In this document: positions 41,258 through 51,270 of the stretch, one piece after another | Layout of the letters: each line of letters opens with the position of its first letter | Numbering within the stretch: position 1 is the first letter of the stretch | Source: a virus | DNA: 64,000 nt | IMG/VR virus record: IMGVR_UViG_3300029908_000007 | Span: 98,309 to 162,308 of that record | Strand: one strand, 5' to 3' | Notes under the pieces: model-generated | Told to the model about the DNA's origin: nothing | Seen by the model: only the letters and a program-made list of their open reading frames with translations | Databases searched by the model: none | Position numbers and translations under genes: made by a program

Positions 41258-41453
41258 GCAAATAATTAAAATCTTTCATTGGCGACCCGTCCGGTGGTCG
41301 CCTAACACGTACCCCTCTGCTGCGCAGCCTGGGTACTGTAGGAAAGCCTATGATTCATTTAACAGGCTTTCATCGAACTGCTTAGAAGCACTATATAGGG
41401 CCAGGGCATTTCTGATAAATATCTGTCTTTTGGTCATCTTATGTACGATACTA

Positions 41454-42392
41454 TCACTTTACGATAGTTTCTGTCAAGGAAAAGTTCCTCACCCTGGTCA
41501 CAAACTCCGAAAAATCGTCATCCGTGCATCCCATATTGAGTCTAATCCATTCATTGGTCGATCCAAAGGCTTCTCCGCCGATACCCGTAACCCCGGCCTT
41601 GGCGAAATACTCGGCACGCTTCTCCCACAAGAAAATGCCATCCCTAACCTGAAAGCCTAGATCGCCTAAGATCTTCCACCTGTAGTTCATAACAGCCCGA
41701 CCTAGCTCCATAACGTTGACATCGCTTACCCAATGGTGTATAAGTACCTGGTAGGCTTTGTTCTGGGCTTCAATGCTGACACCACAGGTCTGGTATTCGA
41801 TGAACTTCCGCATCTTGGCGGCGACTTCGGGGTCTTTAACCAAAGCCCATCCCAGGCGAGTGCTGGCGTGGCCCGTGGCCTTGGATAGGCTAAACACCAT
41901 TAAGTCCTTGTCGGTCTTCATAGCATCGCCGGTTCTAAAATATTGTTGCCAATTATAACAATAATCATAGATAGTCGGGATCTTTGAACCCAACCTCTGC
42001 AGCCATTCTCCATCGGGGTTGTTTGGGCAGGTTGCGATTTCAACATCGGCGTTTTCATAATTTCGGACAAAATTGGCGCCTGCCATGTTTGCCATATCGG
42101 GGAAACGCATGAAATATGGGGGTGAAGCGTATACATGTTTGGCGCCTAAAGCACTAATCGCCGCCTGAATGACCTGCGTGGCACCATTGGCTATCACGAT
42201 TTCGTGGTCCGTCGCATGGGGTCCAAACACGTTTTGTTCTTTGTAATGCAACATACGGATGGCTTGGATGAGTTCGGGTAGGACAATTGCGTATGATAAA
42301 TCCTTATCCAAGGCGTGCGTCATGGGTGGCAGATTCTTCCAGAACGGATATAAAAAGTAGGTGTTACCCCAGCCGAGTTCTAGTGTGTTCAT
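41454..42392 (-). CDS. PLP-dependent aminotransferase of the alliinase/TAA1 family
   Basis: GATQVIQAA, PNNPDG, YDYCYNW, FSLSKATGHASTRLGWALVKD (PLP lysine), GVSIEAQ. Confidence 0.8.
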   Translation of the reverse strand: MNTLELGWGNTYFLYPFWKNLPPMTHALDKDLSYAIVLPELIQAIRMLHYKEQNVFGPHATDHEIVIANGATQVIQAAISALGAKHVYASPPYFMRFPDMANMAGANFVRNYENADVEIATCPNNPDGEWLQRLGSKIPTIYDYCYNWQQYFRTGDAMKTDKDLMVFSLSKATGHASTRLGWALVKDPEVAAKMRKFIEYQTCGVSIEAQNKAYQVLIHHWVSDVNVMELGRAVMNYRWKILGDLGFQVRDGIFLWEKRAEYFAKAGVTGIGGEAFGSTNEWIRLNMGCTDDDFSEFVTRVRNFSLTETIVK

Positions 42393-42510
42393 GGGATCCC
42401 CTTAAGAAGTCGAAAGCTGAGGCAGGTCGAACAAAGATTATCTCGGTAGACAACAATCAGACCGCATTGAAAACACCAGGCAACTTCTTCGTCTTTGAGT
42501 AAACGGAATA

Positions 42511-42963
42511 TCATACGCTCTCCTTATTTTTCAAATACTCAACAATCCTTTTCCATTCTTCCTCGGATCTAGTCCTATCAAAATGGATAAACTTCCCAGG
42601 AAAGGTCTCCCATCTCCTGTCGTCATCGATGAGATAGTCACCTCTTAGAAGGTTCTTGTCGGTAACAATGCACATTCTTTTTACAAGTTCTGGGAAATGT
42701 TCTCTCACCCAACCCACCTTTTCTGATGGCGAATAATCGGTCTTCGTTGTATGCTTGGTTCCAATATAGACTTCGAGTCTTGGGTTGTCTAATAAAGCTT
42801 GAACACCTTCTTTGGCACCTGGCAGTACTTTTAGATTGCGAAAAAACCCAGGCTCGAACATCTCGGGCGGATCTTTAATATGAACAGCAATGGCACCGTC
42901 GAAATCGGCGCAAACTCCATCAAGGTCAATGAAAACGATTTTCTTTCTAGGTTGGGACTTCAT
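42511..42963 (-). CDS. 5'(3')-deoxyribonucleotidase (NT5C-type HAD)
   Basis: IDLDGVCADF, FFRNL, EKVGWV and GDYLIDD motifs. Confidence 0.85.
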   Translation of the reverse strand: MKSQPRKKIVFIDLDGVCADFDGAIAVHIKDPPEMFEPGFFRNLKVLPGAKEGVQALLDNPRLEVYIGTKHTTKTDYSPSEKVGWVREHFPELVKRMCIVTDKNLLRGDYLIDDDRRWETFPGKFIHFDRTRSEEEWKRIVEYLKNKESV

Positions 42964-43529
42964 GTTTTCTCCCTAAGCTTTTCCAACAGTTTCAAGTAAA
43001 TCCTAAAAGTATTTTCGGCATCATCTCTTGCGTTATGTTTTTGTCCTTGAAACTTGAGACCCAGTTTGGTCATGCTTTTAGCTAAACCACCCGCAACCTG
43101 TCTACCGTTAATAAGTCTCCAGGATACAAACAAAGTCTTGGCGTCAATCCAGCGGCGTCCAAAACACCAATCAAACTGTAGACCTTCCTGTTTAAGTTGA
43201 TTTCCTAGTTCCTGGGTGTCGCCTCCGCCCCAGGTTATCGCGTTTACAAAGGATCCGTGTTTTTCATGGATGGCTTTTAATTCGTTGTAAGCGTCTTCCA
43301 AGGTACCAGCGCCGTCTACATCGGATTGTTTGATTTTAGTGAGTTCCGTGATCACGGGATTAAGTTCTTCATTGGGGTTTACGAATACGTGGAATCGTTC
43401 CAAGATCTCTCCGGTCTGTATATTACCAACAACGGCGCCAACAGAAATGATCTTCTGGGACGGCTGGTTCATCTCCAGATCCAAAGAAGTAAAAATGACG
43501 ATGGGTTCCATGACTTTCTGATTCTTCAT
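42960..43529 (-). CDS. DEDDh 3'-5' exonuclease
   Basis: LDLEM, ITELTKI, WGGGD and HNARDDA motifs. Confidence 0.85.
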   Translation of the reverse strand: MKNQKVMEPIVIFTSLDLEMNQPSQKIISVGAVVGNIQTGEILERFHVFVNPNEELNPVITELTKIKQSDVDGAGTLEDAYNELKAIHEKHGSFVNAITWGGGDTQELGNQLKQEGLQFDWCFGRRWIDAKTLFVSWRLINGRQVAGGLAKSMTKLGLKFQGQKHNARDDAENTFRIYLKLLEKLREKT

Positions 43530-44077
43530 TTTCTCTTCCCGGACAAATCTTTCTTTGTCTTTTCCTTATGACAGGTATAGCAGATGGCCTGGTGATTGTC
43601 AAGTCCTAAAGATGGTCCACCCTTACTAATTGCAAGTACATGATCTACTTCTGGTTTTCTTTCCTTTGGGACCATTTTCTTAAGTCGTTTGAAATAATAC
43701 CAAGGCAAGCTTTCCAATTCGAAAGTGGCCCTATGTCTAATCATATCCTTTTCTCTCATTGATTCCAAAAATGGGAAGTAGTCGAATTGGCAACACAAAC
43801 ATTTCCAGTCCTGTCTATGTAAAAGCATACCTAGAGCATCTTCTTTTTGTGGATAGAAGGTAGCCATAGCAGACGTAGAGCAGTTCTTAGAACAATACTT
43901 TTGGTTCCCATGAAAAATCTCTGTAATGGCGCACCAAGCGCAAAATTTCTTTGGCTTACCTAACTTATTTAGTTCTTCAAGTCTTATGGGTTTAATAGAA
44001 TCAAGGTTGTGGGATCTGTGTGTAGTTGATTTGATCAGTTCCTCAACTTTGGGATTACCTGAAGGAACGTATTTCAT
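43526..44077 (-). CDS. HNH endonuclease
   Basis: EVDHVLAISKGG...NHQAICYTCHKEKT. Confidence 0.8.
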   Translation of the reverse strand: MKYVPSGNPKVEELIKSTTHRSHNLDSIKPIRLEELNKLGKPKKFCAWCAITEIFHGNQKYCSKNCSTSAMATFYPQKEDALGMLLHRQDWKCLCCQFDYFPFLESMREKDMIRHRATFELESLPWYYFKRLKKMVPKERKPEVDHVLAISKGGPSLGLDNHQAICYTCHKEKTKKDLSGKRK

Positions 44078-44556
44078 TTCTTGGCGTCGCACTTCTCGCA
44101 ATAATCGAACCGGGAAGTGAACCCCTCATAAGTCTTCCAAGAATGAAGACACTGTTTTACAATCTTTTCATCGATAGCAATGTGCCAATTAATGCCATCA
44201 CTATAAAATTTGACGGGCTCGTATTGGTTAATTCCGTGCATCGCATATCTCATAGAGTCTAAATAATGTGCTTTGTCAATACTATCTACAATAGATTTTA
44301 AGGCGCCTTGGATGTCAATGGGCTCAACTTCTTCCAAATCTTCCTCTTTGCAATCTATTTTAGCGTATCTCTTTCCCATGTACGTACCTACCTGGTCACT
44401 GAAATCCCAATAATCTTCTTCCACAGCAACGGTATATTTTGTTTTGTGGCCATTCGTTTTGCTATAACTGAAATTGCATGCTACAACCATACCTTCTTTA
44501 TTTACAGTTTTAACAAAAACTTCTTCATTACACGAAAACTTAAAAGGATTGCTCAT
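44074..44556 (-). CDS. Hypothetical protein
   Basis: Coupled ORF with a C-terminal CxHxW...CxxC motif. Confidence 0.5.
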   Translation of the reverse strand: MSNPFKFSCNEEVFVKTVNKEGMVVACNFSYSKTNGHKTKYTVAVEEDYWDFSDQVGTYMGKRYAKIDCKEEDLEEVEPIDIQGALKSIVDSIDKAHYLDSMRYAMHGINQYEPVKFYSDGINWHIAIDEKIVKQCLHSWKTYEGFTSRFDYCEKCDAKK

Positions 44557-44765
44557 CGTTTCTCCCCACACATAGCCGAAAATTGTCGGTCGGCGTATTT
44601 TTTAATCCAAATCAGACATTCACCCGATTTCCCATAAATCTCTCCGCACCTCCGTTGTGCGTATACCAATTCCTTCTGGTCCTCTGCGTTCCAAGGCAGC
44701 TTGGACGTATTGACGATCTTAGGCTGCGGGCACGACAAAGTCAAGAGAATAAAGGCGGCGATCAT
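44553..44765 (-). CDS. Small lipoprotein/secreted protein
   Basis: Signal peptide ending LSC. Confidence 0.5.
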   Translation of the reverse strand: MIAAFILLTLSCPQPKIVNTSKLPWNAEDQKELVYAQRRCGEIYGKSGECLIWIKKYADRQFSAMCGEKR

Positions 44766-44904
44766 TCTCCACCCTTTACCAACTTAAGTCTGCTCTTCTT
44801 CTTAGCTTTGGCACGCTTCTTGCGTTCAATAGTCAAAACAGACGCTGCGATTAACGCGAACATCCCAACATAGACGGCTGCGACGATCCAGTCAATAGCG
44901 GTCA

Positions 44905-45303
44905 TTATGGATACCATTCCGACCCATCCGGCTGTTTGCCCGGTTTCTTCTTTGGTTTCTTTGGTTTCTTGCCCTTCTTCTTAACTTTCTTCTTAGTCTT
45001 ATCAAGAGTTTTCCTGGCGGCTTTGAGCATTTCTTCTGGTGCTGGTTTCATTACTTTACTCATGGCTACCCACGTCGCCTCGTCGGCCTCAAATCTGGCC
45101 TTAACGCAATCTCCGCAATCGCAATTGACCACCATCTGCTGAATCCCAACCCCGTCATATACAAACTTTTCAATCTGCTCTGATTCTTTCTTGATGTCAA
45201 CCTTCCTCTCCTCCGCCTTAATCGACTCCCAGACCGTCAATGCGGCTAAAACGACAATAGCCAAAAGTATAGATATTCCAAAAATGTTTTGCCACATAGT
45301 CAA
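44905..45303 (-). CDS. Membrane-anchored protein with a Lys-rich tail
   Basis: N-terminal TM helix; KKKVKKKGKKPKK. Confidence 0.5.
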   Translation of the reverse strand: MTMWQNIFGISILLAIVVLAALTVWESIKAEERKVDIKKESEQIEKFVYDGVGIQQMVVNCDCGDCVKARFEADEATWVAMSKVMKPAPEEMLKAARKTLDKTKKKVKKKGKKPKKPKKKPGKQPDGSEWYP

Positions 45304-45881
45304 TCCCGTAATCGTCTCCCGTGTTTCATAAGGATTCCATACAATCTGCGCTCATCCCTCTGCTGTTGCCATTCCTCAATCGTCCAACTAGCTTTAAAGT
45401 CATTCATTTCTTGTTCTTTGTCTTCATCAGTTTTTACATTTGGTCTACTTGACTTCATATAAGAACAACCTTTCTTATCTTCACAAGGTTCAAACCAGAT
45501 CTTAGATTCTCCCCACTTTATATCATGGTGTCGACGCGATCTATCCGCGTATTCGTCTTTTTTGAGTCTTCCCGCGAGCTTAATGGCAATCCTCAAGGCT
45601 TGGAGATCCTTTTCTTCTTGATAGGCGTGGCCATTGAGCAGGGTCTTTTGGAGACGGATTAGGAAGTACTCGATGATGGTGAAGATACTTTGGAAATCGA
45701 AGTCCCAGGTCTTCCTTAGGGCATGGTACCACCACTGAAAACCTCGTTTGATTTCAAAGACGGGCTTCCCAAAGAGTCGCCAAGACCAGTCGTAGTAGAA
45801 ATCCCCAATAGGAGACATCAACCACCAACTGTAGAGTTTTGAATGTTCTTTGGGTTCTTTGAGAGCTTTTGAATTAAACAC
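45300..45881 (-). CDS. Hypothetical phage protein
   Basis: 193 aa; WDFD motif. Confidence 0.55.
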   Translation of the reverse strand: MFNSKALKEPKEHSKLYSWWLMSPIGDFYYDWSWRLFGKPVFEIKRGFQWWYHALRKTWDFDFQSIFTIIEYFLIRLQKTLLNGHAYQEEKDLQALRIAIKLAGRLKKDEYADRSRRHHDIKWGESKIWFEPCEDKKGCSYMKSSRPNVKTDEDKEQEMNDFKASWTIEEWQQQRDERRLYGILMKHGRRLRD

Positions 45882-46213
45882 TATCGCTTCTCCAACGCTC
45901 GTTGATCGAAAACATCAAAGAACTCGGTCTCGTGTATATTGCTGCACTCTTCCAAATACACCCAGGCCGCGTTATAGTTCTTAGTAGCTTGTAGACCTAC
46001 GACCGTCATTTTCTTACAATTGCTGTTGTAAAAAGTCGCGCCGCTATCATTCTGATTAACTTTAACCGATTCACCATAATAAAGTTCTTTGTCATCTCCA
46101 TACCAAGAACGGAAGAAGGTTCCTTTGCCTCTGTGATCTTCTCCGATGGAAATACCTACCGCAAGAAAAATACAAGCTAAGGCAATTCTATGTAAAACTT
46201 CTGCTTTATTCAT
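45881..46213 (-). CDS. Hypothetical exported protein
   Basis: N-terminal hydrophobic helix. Confidence 0.5.
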   Translation of the reverse strand: MNKAEVLHRIALACIFLAVGISIGEDHRGKGTFFRSWYGDDKELYYGESVKVNQNDSGATFYNSNCKKMTVVGLQATKNYNAAWVYLEECSNIHETEFFDVFDQRALEKR

Positions 46214-46476
46214 CAGCTCTCCTTCATCCTTCTCAGGTTACGTTTCTTAAGCTTCTTGGCTTCATTTTTTCTATTATAGGGCCTATGGAATCCATGATCG
46301 ACTTGCCACAATCCAATTAGTAAGCCCTGTACATCCCTTGGTCTCATGCCTTCCTTACTAATTATCTTTGCAAATGACTTCCAAAATTCCTCGGAATTGA
46401 TATAGGCTAGTTCTTCTCGGTGGGCTAAGTAGATCCCAGTTTGACGATAAATAAAGGATTTAAGTTTTAGAATCAT
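46213..46476 (-). CDS. Hypothetical protein
   Basis: 87 aa, coupled. Confidence 0.5.
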   Translation of the reverse strand: MILKLKSFIYRQTGIYLAHREELAYINSEEFWKSFAKIISKEGMRPRDVQGLLIGLWQVDHGFHRPYNRKNEAKKLKKRNLRRMKES

Positions 46477-46641
46477 TATTCTTTTCCAACTTATTAATCC
46501 GCTTTTCCAACATAAACACTTTCTTCTGAAGTTTCTCTAAAGGAGTTTCTCTTGCTTTAACTCTGTCCCTGCAGTCCGAGCAATACGAAAAGTGGGGAAG
46601 TAACCAAACTTCCTGACAACATGAGCATAGGTGTTGTTGCA

Positions 46642-46977
46642 TTACCCCTCCACCCTCAAAACAATCATATTCATTTCGCATGCATATTGTACGCAATTAG
46701 CGGTGCCTCTACCGCCTGGGAAGGCAACGACTACGGCGTCTGGATGAGCTTTTAACATCTCCACGTTCCTAATAGGTCCAGCTGCTTTCCCATGTTTTTC
46801 CCAATCTGCTGACATCGTAACGCATTCGATTTTATAAAATTCTGCATACATTCTAGCCAACCGATCGGCTCCAAATGCGCCACCTTGGACAATCATAGTT
46901 GGTTTAAATAGGTCCAATACATCGTCTACCATATTTGCGTCGCTATAATCTCTGCCGCCGGTTACAATTACTTTCAT
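46642..46977 (-). CDS. SLOG-family (DUF2493/YspA-like) protein
   Basis: VIVTGGRDY, QGGAFGAD, GKAAGPIRN and FPGGRGT motifs. Confidence 0.85.
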   Translation of the reverse strand: MKVIVTGGRDYSDANMVDDVLDLFKPTMIVQGGAFGADRLARMYAEFYKIECVTMSADWEKHGKAAGPIRNVEMLKAHPDAVVVAFPGGRGTANCVQYACEMNMIVLRVEG

Positions 46978-47219
46978 TTTACCACACCTCTAATGGGATG
47001 ACTGAATTCATGATAGGGTTCCAAACAAGTCGCTCTCATGCCCTGAAGTCTGGAACTTCCCTCAAAATGTCTTGCTAAGGCTTTATGAAAGGCGTCGTGA
47101 ATCAATTCACTATATAGTCCTTCGAAACTAACGGCTTCCGTTGTACACCACTTTCCGCTTTCTTTCCAAAAATCTACCCTGCACATATAGGGATCTCTGC
47201 TATAATTGCTCATATCCAC
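46974..47219 (-). CDS. Hypothetical protein
   Basis: RVDFWKESGKW motif; promoter upstream. Confidence 0.55.
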   Translation of the reverse strand: MDMSNYSRDPYMCRVDFWKESGKWCTTEAVSFEGLYSELIHDAFHKALARHFEGSSRLQGMRATCLEPYHEFSHPIRGVVK

Positions 47220-47228
47220 CTCTTATCC

Positions 47229-47264
47229 AGCCTACCATAGCTGTTTTGGGATGTCAAGAACTAT
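47229..47264 (-). promoter_or_regulatory. sigma70 promoter of the ATAGTTCTTGAC family
   Basis: ATAGTTC-TTGACA-17-TAGGCT. Confidence 0.7.
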
Positions 47265-47433
47265 CTACGACCGTATGAAACGCCAAGTAAAAACATCGCC
47301 ATATGCGGTACCACGCTTTTGATACTTTCAAAAACCGCTTCGGTCCCGTTTTTAACCATAAATACTTCGGCCACGCAAGCCACTAAGTACATGAAGGCGA
47401 GGAAGGCTAGTGCTGATTTGGTGAAACCGTCGT

Positions 47434-48171
47434 TCATTCCACGTTCTCCTGTTCCACAACGATCATCTCTGGGTATTGCAGGGCAATAAGCCTGCCATAA
47501 GGTTCTCGTTTGAAGTAAGCGCCACCATCTATGCAAGCGAAGTGTTCCTTCACGGTGGCGCCACCACGCTGTGGAGTATGGCCATAAACTGAGTAAATTC
47601 CTTCTATTTTCGCAGGGTAAGGTGTCCGTTCCCAAAGCAGATTATCTCTAAACTGTGGACTGTCATGGGGATATTCGTCCCAAGCATAGGCAGCGGTGCT
47701 ATGGCTAACCAAGAGATAGTCGCCTTTGGCGTTCCGGCAATCCTTATATTCGATATAAACTGGTAACGTCTTCATCCAAGCCAGATGTTCTTTAAGTGCG
47801 GCGATGTCGTAGGGCCTGGTTTTAACGATCTCTCCTGAAGCCATCTCTTCGGTGGCATCGATTCGATAGCTCTCCAAGCACCGATCGCCGCCATTCATTT
47901 CCCAAATCCCGTGGTAGTGATCAGTAAATGCGTGCTGGGTTCCATCTGGTTTAGTGCGGAATTGGAGTTCGTCGATCATCATTTGTTCGTGGTTGCCAAC
48001 CACGCAATCGTAGCCGCCGTTCTTTACGAATTCCACGACTTTGCGTGAATCCAAACCGCGATCCACGAGATCTCCCGCAAACGTGATAGGAACTTCTGGT
48101 GGAAGCTTGGCAACAAGGGCCATTAGGGTTTTGTAGGTGCCATGGACATCCGAAATAACGATTCTACTCAT
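47434..48171 (-). CDS. Metallophosphoesterase (Ser/Thr phosphatase-like)
   Basis: SDVHG, GDLVDRG, GNHE and YGHTP motifs. Confidence 0.9.
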   Translation of the reverse strand: MSRIVISDVHGTYKTLMALVAKLPPEVPITFAGDLVDRGLDSRKVVEFVKNGGYDCVVGNHEQMMIDELQFRTKPDGTQHAFTDHYHGIWEMNGGDRCLESYRIDATEEMASGEIVKTRPYDIAALKEHLAWMKTLPVYIEYKDCRNAKGDYLLVSHSTAAYAWDEYPHDSPQFRDNLLWERTPYPAKIEGIYSVYGHTPQRGGATVKEHFACIDGGAYFKREPYGRLIALQYPEMIVVEQENVE

Positions 48172-48366
48172 AAAATCCTTCAACGGTTATGTGTGGAACA
48201 GATAGAGGATGGGGTGGTGGAAATGCTCCAAATGGATTTCCTCTCAGTTTCTCAACTTCTTCAATCAGTTCCATCACCTGTAGAAACTCGGCGTAATGTC
48301 CGTAACTCCTGGCTTTGGCCTTGAGTAGGTCTAGCCCTTCTTGTGTGCTTAAGTCAATTTTCTTGC

Positions 48367-48705
48367 TCATTGTTTTTCCTTCTTCTGTTCCTTAGCTGGC
48401 TTCCCCAGTCTTTTCCTTACCGGTTCCATTTCTTTCTCCCAAAGACTATAACTGTCTAAATTAGAGTCGACTCTAATTTTCGCCGATTGAGCCAGACCGT
48501 CTTCGGGGTCGAAATCAACCATGTCCATAATCTTCCCACCATGCTTTTCAGCTAGTGCGTTGTAGTCGCGCTCGATATAATCATACATAGAATCTTCTAA
48601 AACCGGTGCCGCCAAGACGTAATAACGATATCGATGCTCAAGTAGGCGGCCATAATAGAGTTCTAGGTAAGCAGTCATTTCTTCGGGAGTTAAGTCGTCG
48701 ATCAT
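48367..48705 (-). CDS. Stand-alone NAD-dependent DNA ligase domain Ia-like protein
   Basis: HRYRYYVLAAPVLEDSMYD resembles the LigA Ia pattern H..RYY....P...D..YD; no adenylation domain follows. Confidence 0.6.
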   Translation of the reverse strand: MIDDLTPEEMTAYLELYYGRLLEHRYRYYVLAAPVLEDSMYDYIERDYNALAEKHGGKIMDMVDFDPEDGLAQSAKIRVDSNLDSYSLWEKEMEPVRKRLGKPAKEQKKEKQ

Positions 48706-49369
48706 TTAATACTCACTAATGCTTTTAATGGCACATAGCTTGGATGTCTTATCCCGTATTCGTTGATTTCCTCCGGCGTAACCTCATTATAATAAAATTT
48801 ACAATAAGCTAGGTGTGCGGCTTGATGAATCATGTTCTCATTCTTTTTGGTTTTGGGTATCTTAAGTTACTCTTGGTAAAGTCAGAGATTTCAGTATTTA
48901 TATAGCTTTCCATAAGTTCTTGGAGCCGCTCTGCGCTTCTCATACCTCTTCTTCCCCTAATCCCTCTAATTCTTCCATGGTAATCTCCAACCACTTGGCG
49001 CTGGGGATCTCTTTTAGACGGAGGAGTTCTTTGGCTTTCTGAAACCCCGCCCTATAGGCATCGTACAGACTACATCCACAAAACATATAGATGTGCTCTC
49101 CAAAGGGAGTTCCTGGTACTGTGCGCTGGCAAAGACAATCGTCGCCATTTTCATGACAATGGGCTTCGGCTAGCTTGTCTATGAGTTTCATTCATCCTCC
49201 AATTCAAACCGTTTCAATGCTTCTTCTTTCCAGGCCAAGGTTTCTTCGTTACTAATCTCCAATTGTTCTCTGAGATAATCGATTTCAGCTAAAAGTTCTT
49301 TAGTCATTTGCGCTTGATTTAAAGATGCAAGTTCTCTAATTTCAGCTTCTCTCTCTGATGATAGTCTGC

Positions 49370-49738
49370 TCATTTCTTACATCCTTTCTCACACTTTTTA
49401 TTAAATTTAACAATTAACTCCACATCTGCATCCCAGCTTATCACTTTTGGAAAATTAGAGCAAGCCATATCATATCTTTTCGATGTTTCTTCTAATAACA
49501 GAGCCACGGATACCGCACATATTTTAGAACAATTGGAAATTTTTTCTTTAAGAATTCCTTCTACTTCTGCGATATCTTCGGTATTATGGGGAATGTCGGA
49601 AACCGGAGTCTCTGGTTTTGGCTCGCAATCCACCAACTGTTGCCCCATAAAAGCTCGGGTCCCGTTAGAGAATTCGCAACGGTCCTTGTCTGTACAACCA
49701 CATGCTGCTAGGAGTAGTAAAAGAATTAAGTATCTCAT
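49370..49738 (-). CDS. Lipoprotein
   Basis: MRYLILLLLLAAC lipobox. Confidence 0.6.
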   Translation of the reverse strand: MRYLILLLLLAACGCTDKDRCEFSNGTRAFMGQQLVDCEPKPETPVSDIPHNTEDIAEVEGILKEKISNCSKICAVSVALLLEETSKRYDMACSNFPKVISWDADVELIVKFNKKCEKGCKK

Positions 49739-50092
49739 TTGTCCTTCTCATCTTCGAATACAGGCGTCCAGTACAGTGTGGGGCAATTTTTGATAGAATC
49801 GTGGAATTGTTTTCTCATGATCCTCATTTCCCATTCTTCTCTGGCACTAATGGTCTTTACAAAGGAACCTATTACTTCTCCATCGCCGTTTTTAATTTCA
49901 AAAAGAGTAATGGTTTTCATCCCTCTCTCCTCTTCTTATTCATGCATTTCTCACAATAATAGGCGTTACAAACTTCGTTATCGCTAACCCAATGCGTACC
50001 AAACTCGCTTAGCTGTCCGCAAGCGCAGAGATCGTCGGGATTTATGACCCCAAAATTAGCAGCTATAGACTCTTCGGGGTTGTATACGGCGA

Positions 50093-50464
50093 TCATTCCA
50101 CACCAAAATCCTGTAAGCACTGGCGAACCAATACCAAACTAACCCTAAGTAGATCTACCTTTTCTTCTCCGGTCATGCGATCTCCGTAAATATTTACGGT
50201 GTCAGTGAGTCCCATTGCTAGATTCTTAACTGGTCCGTGGCCTTCGATAAATTCTTTTAGTGTTTTCATACCAGCTCTAGGATCCGGATCCACGGGAATG
50301 ATTTTGCCGATCACCAAAAAGTCAACCCAGTAACCCTCCATTGGATCCGGATGGGCCTTCAAAAACTTGGTTACAAAGGTCTTTGCGGACTTCAGACTTT
50401 TGAAGAGTTTGAGTTTGGGCGTGGAGTCGTCCACGTAGTGGACATATGTTTTATTTTTCTTCAT
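50093..50464 (-). CDS. Hypothetical protein
   Basis: GGAGG RBS before MKKNK. Confidence 0.5.
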   Translation of the reverse strand: MKKNKTYVHYVDDSTPKLKLFKSLKSAKTFVTKFLKAHPDPMEGYWVDFLVIGKIIPVDPDPRAGMKTLKEFIEGHGPVKNLAMGLTDTVNIYGDRMTGEEKVDLLRVSLVLVRQCLQDFGVE

Positions 50465-50669
50465 TGTCTTCCTCCAAAACTTCCAACAAAATATCTGCGG
50501 CTGAAACCACATGCTTTGCCCAGCTCTTTAGCTGGCCATCGCTATCCGATGCATTGATGGTCCTGGCATAAATATCCATAGCTAGGTATTCTCGTTTGGT
50601 GAGTCCATCTTCTACCCTATATATGTTGCCAACGCCAGTTTCTTGGGGGAACGCTGATTTATTTTTCAT
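50451..50669 (-). CDS. Small phage protein (AFP...GLTKREY family)
   Basis: SAFPQ...DGLTKREYLA...ADILL motif common in phage accessory genes. Confidence 0.6.
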   Translation of the reverse strand: MKNKSAFPQETGVGNIYRVEDGLTKREYLAMDIYARTINASDSDGQLKSWAKHVVSAADILLEVLEEDNEEK

Positions 50670-50955
50670 CCAATCTCCGTTTCATCAAAAGTCTTAACTG
50701 CATTCTTAAGCTCATCGAATTTAAACCCATTGAAAGGCCATTCGGTATGATATTCATAGGTTTGTACAAAAGTTCGAGCTGTCTTAATTATAGCTTTGAT
50801 TTGTAGCCATTCCTCTCTAGTTAGTTCCATGCTCTTCCTTCCATTCCTGACATTCTTCCTCTTTCATTTTTAAATAACAATCCTCACAATAATACTCGCT
50901 GCCATCGTAATAAAAATTCGCGCCTTCAAGACCACAGCCGGGGCAGTTGGTCATA

Positions 50956-51270
50956 TTAAACCCTTCCCTCTCCACGACATTTATAACAACCACTAGTTGC
51001 AGAATGGACTGGCCCATAGGTAGTAATGCTGCCGCTTCCATTACATTCGCGACAAATTATTTTATTTCGTTCTTTATAAAGTTTATCTTCAAGTGACTTG
51101 ATCTCTTCCCGCATAGGATTAGAGATGCAATCGTAGCCATGAGACATGCTATAATTGTCGTGAGCACCAGCCACCCATGAGGCAACTATATTTAGCTGCT
51201 CTTTGGTCACAACTAGGCCTGCATCCTCGAAAGCCTCTGCGATGCAATCTGTCCAATAGTCACTGGCCAT
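50956..51270 (-). CDS. DnaJ-type Zn-finger-containing hypothetical protein
   Basis: CRECNGSG...CYKCRGEG. Confidence 0.6.
   Translation of the reverse strand: MASDYWTDCIAEAFEDAGLVVTKEQLNIVASWVAGAHDNYSMSHGYDCISNPMREEIKSLEDKLYKERNKIICRECNGSGSITTYGPVHSATSGCYKCRGEGRV

Noticed and set aside
41270-41450. Group I intron (IStron) or hammerhead ribozyme associated with TnpB
   Set aside because: No recognisable P7/R-S core, no interrupted host gene and no CUGAUGA/GAAA core.
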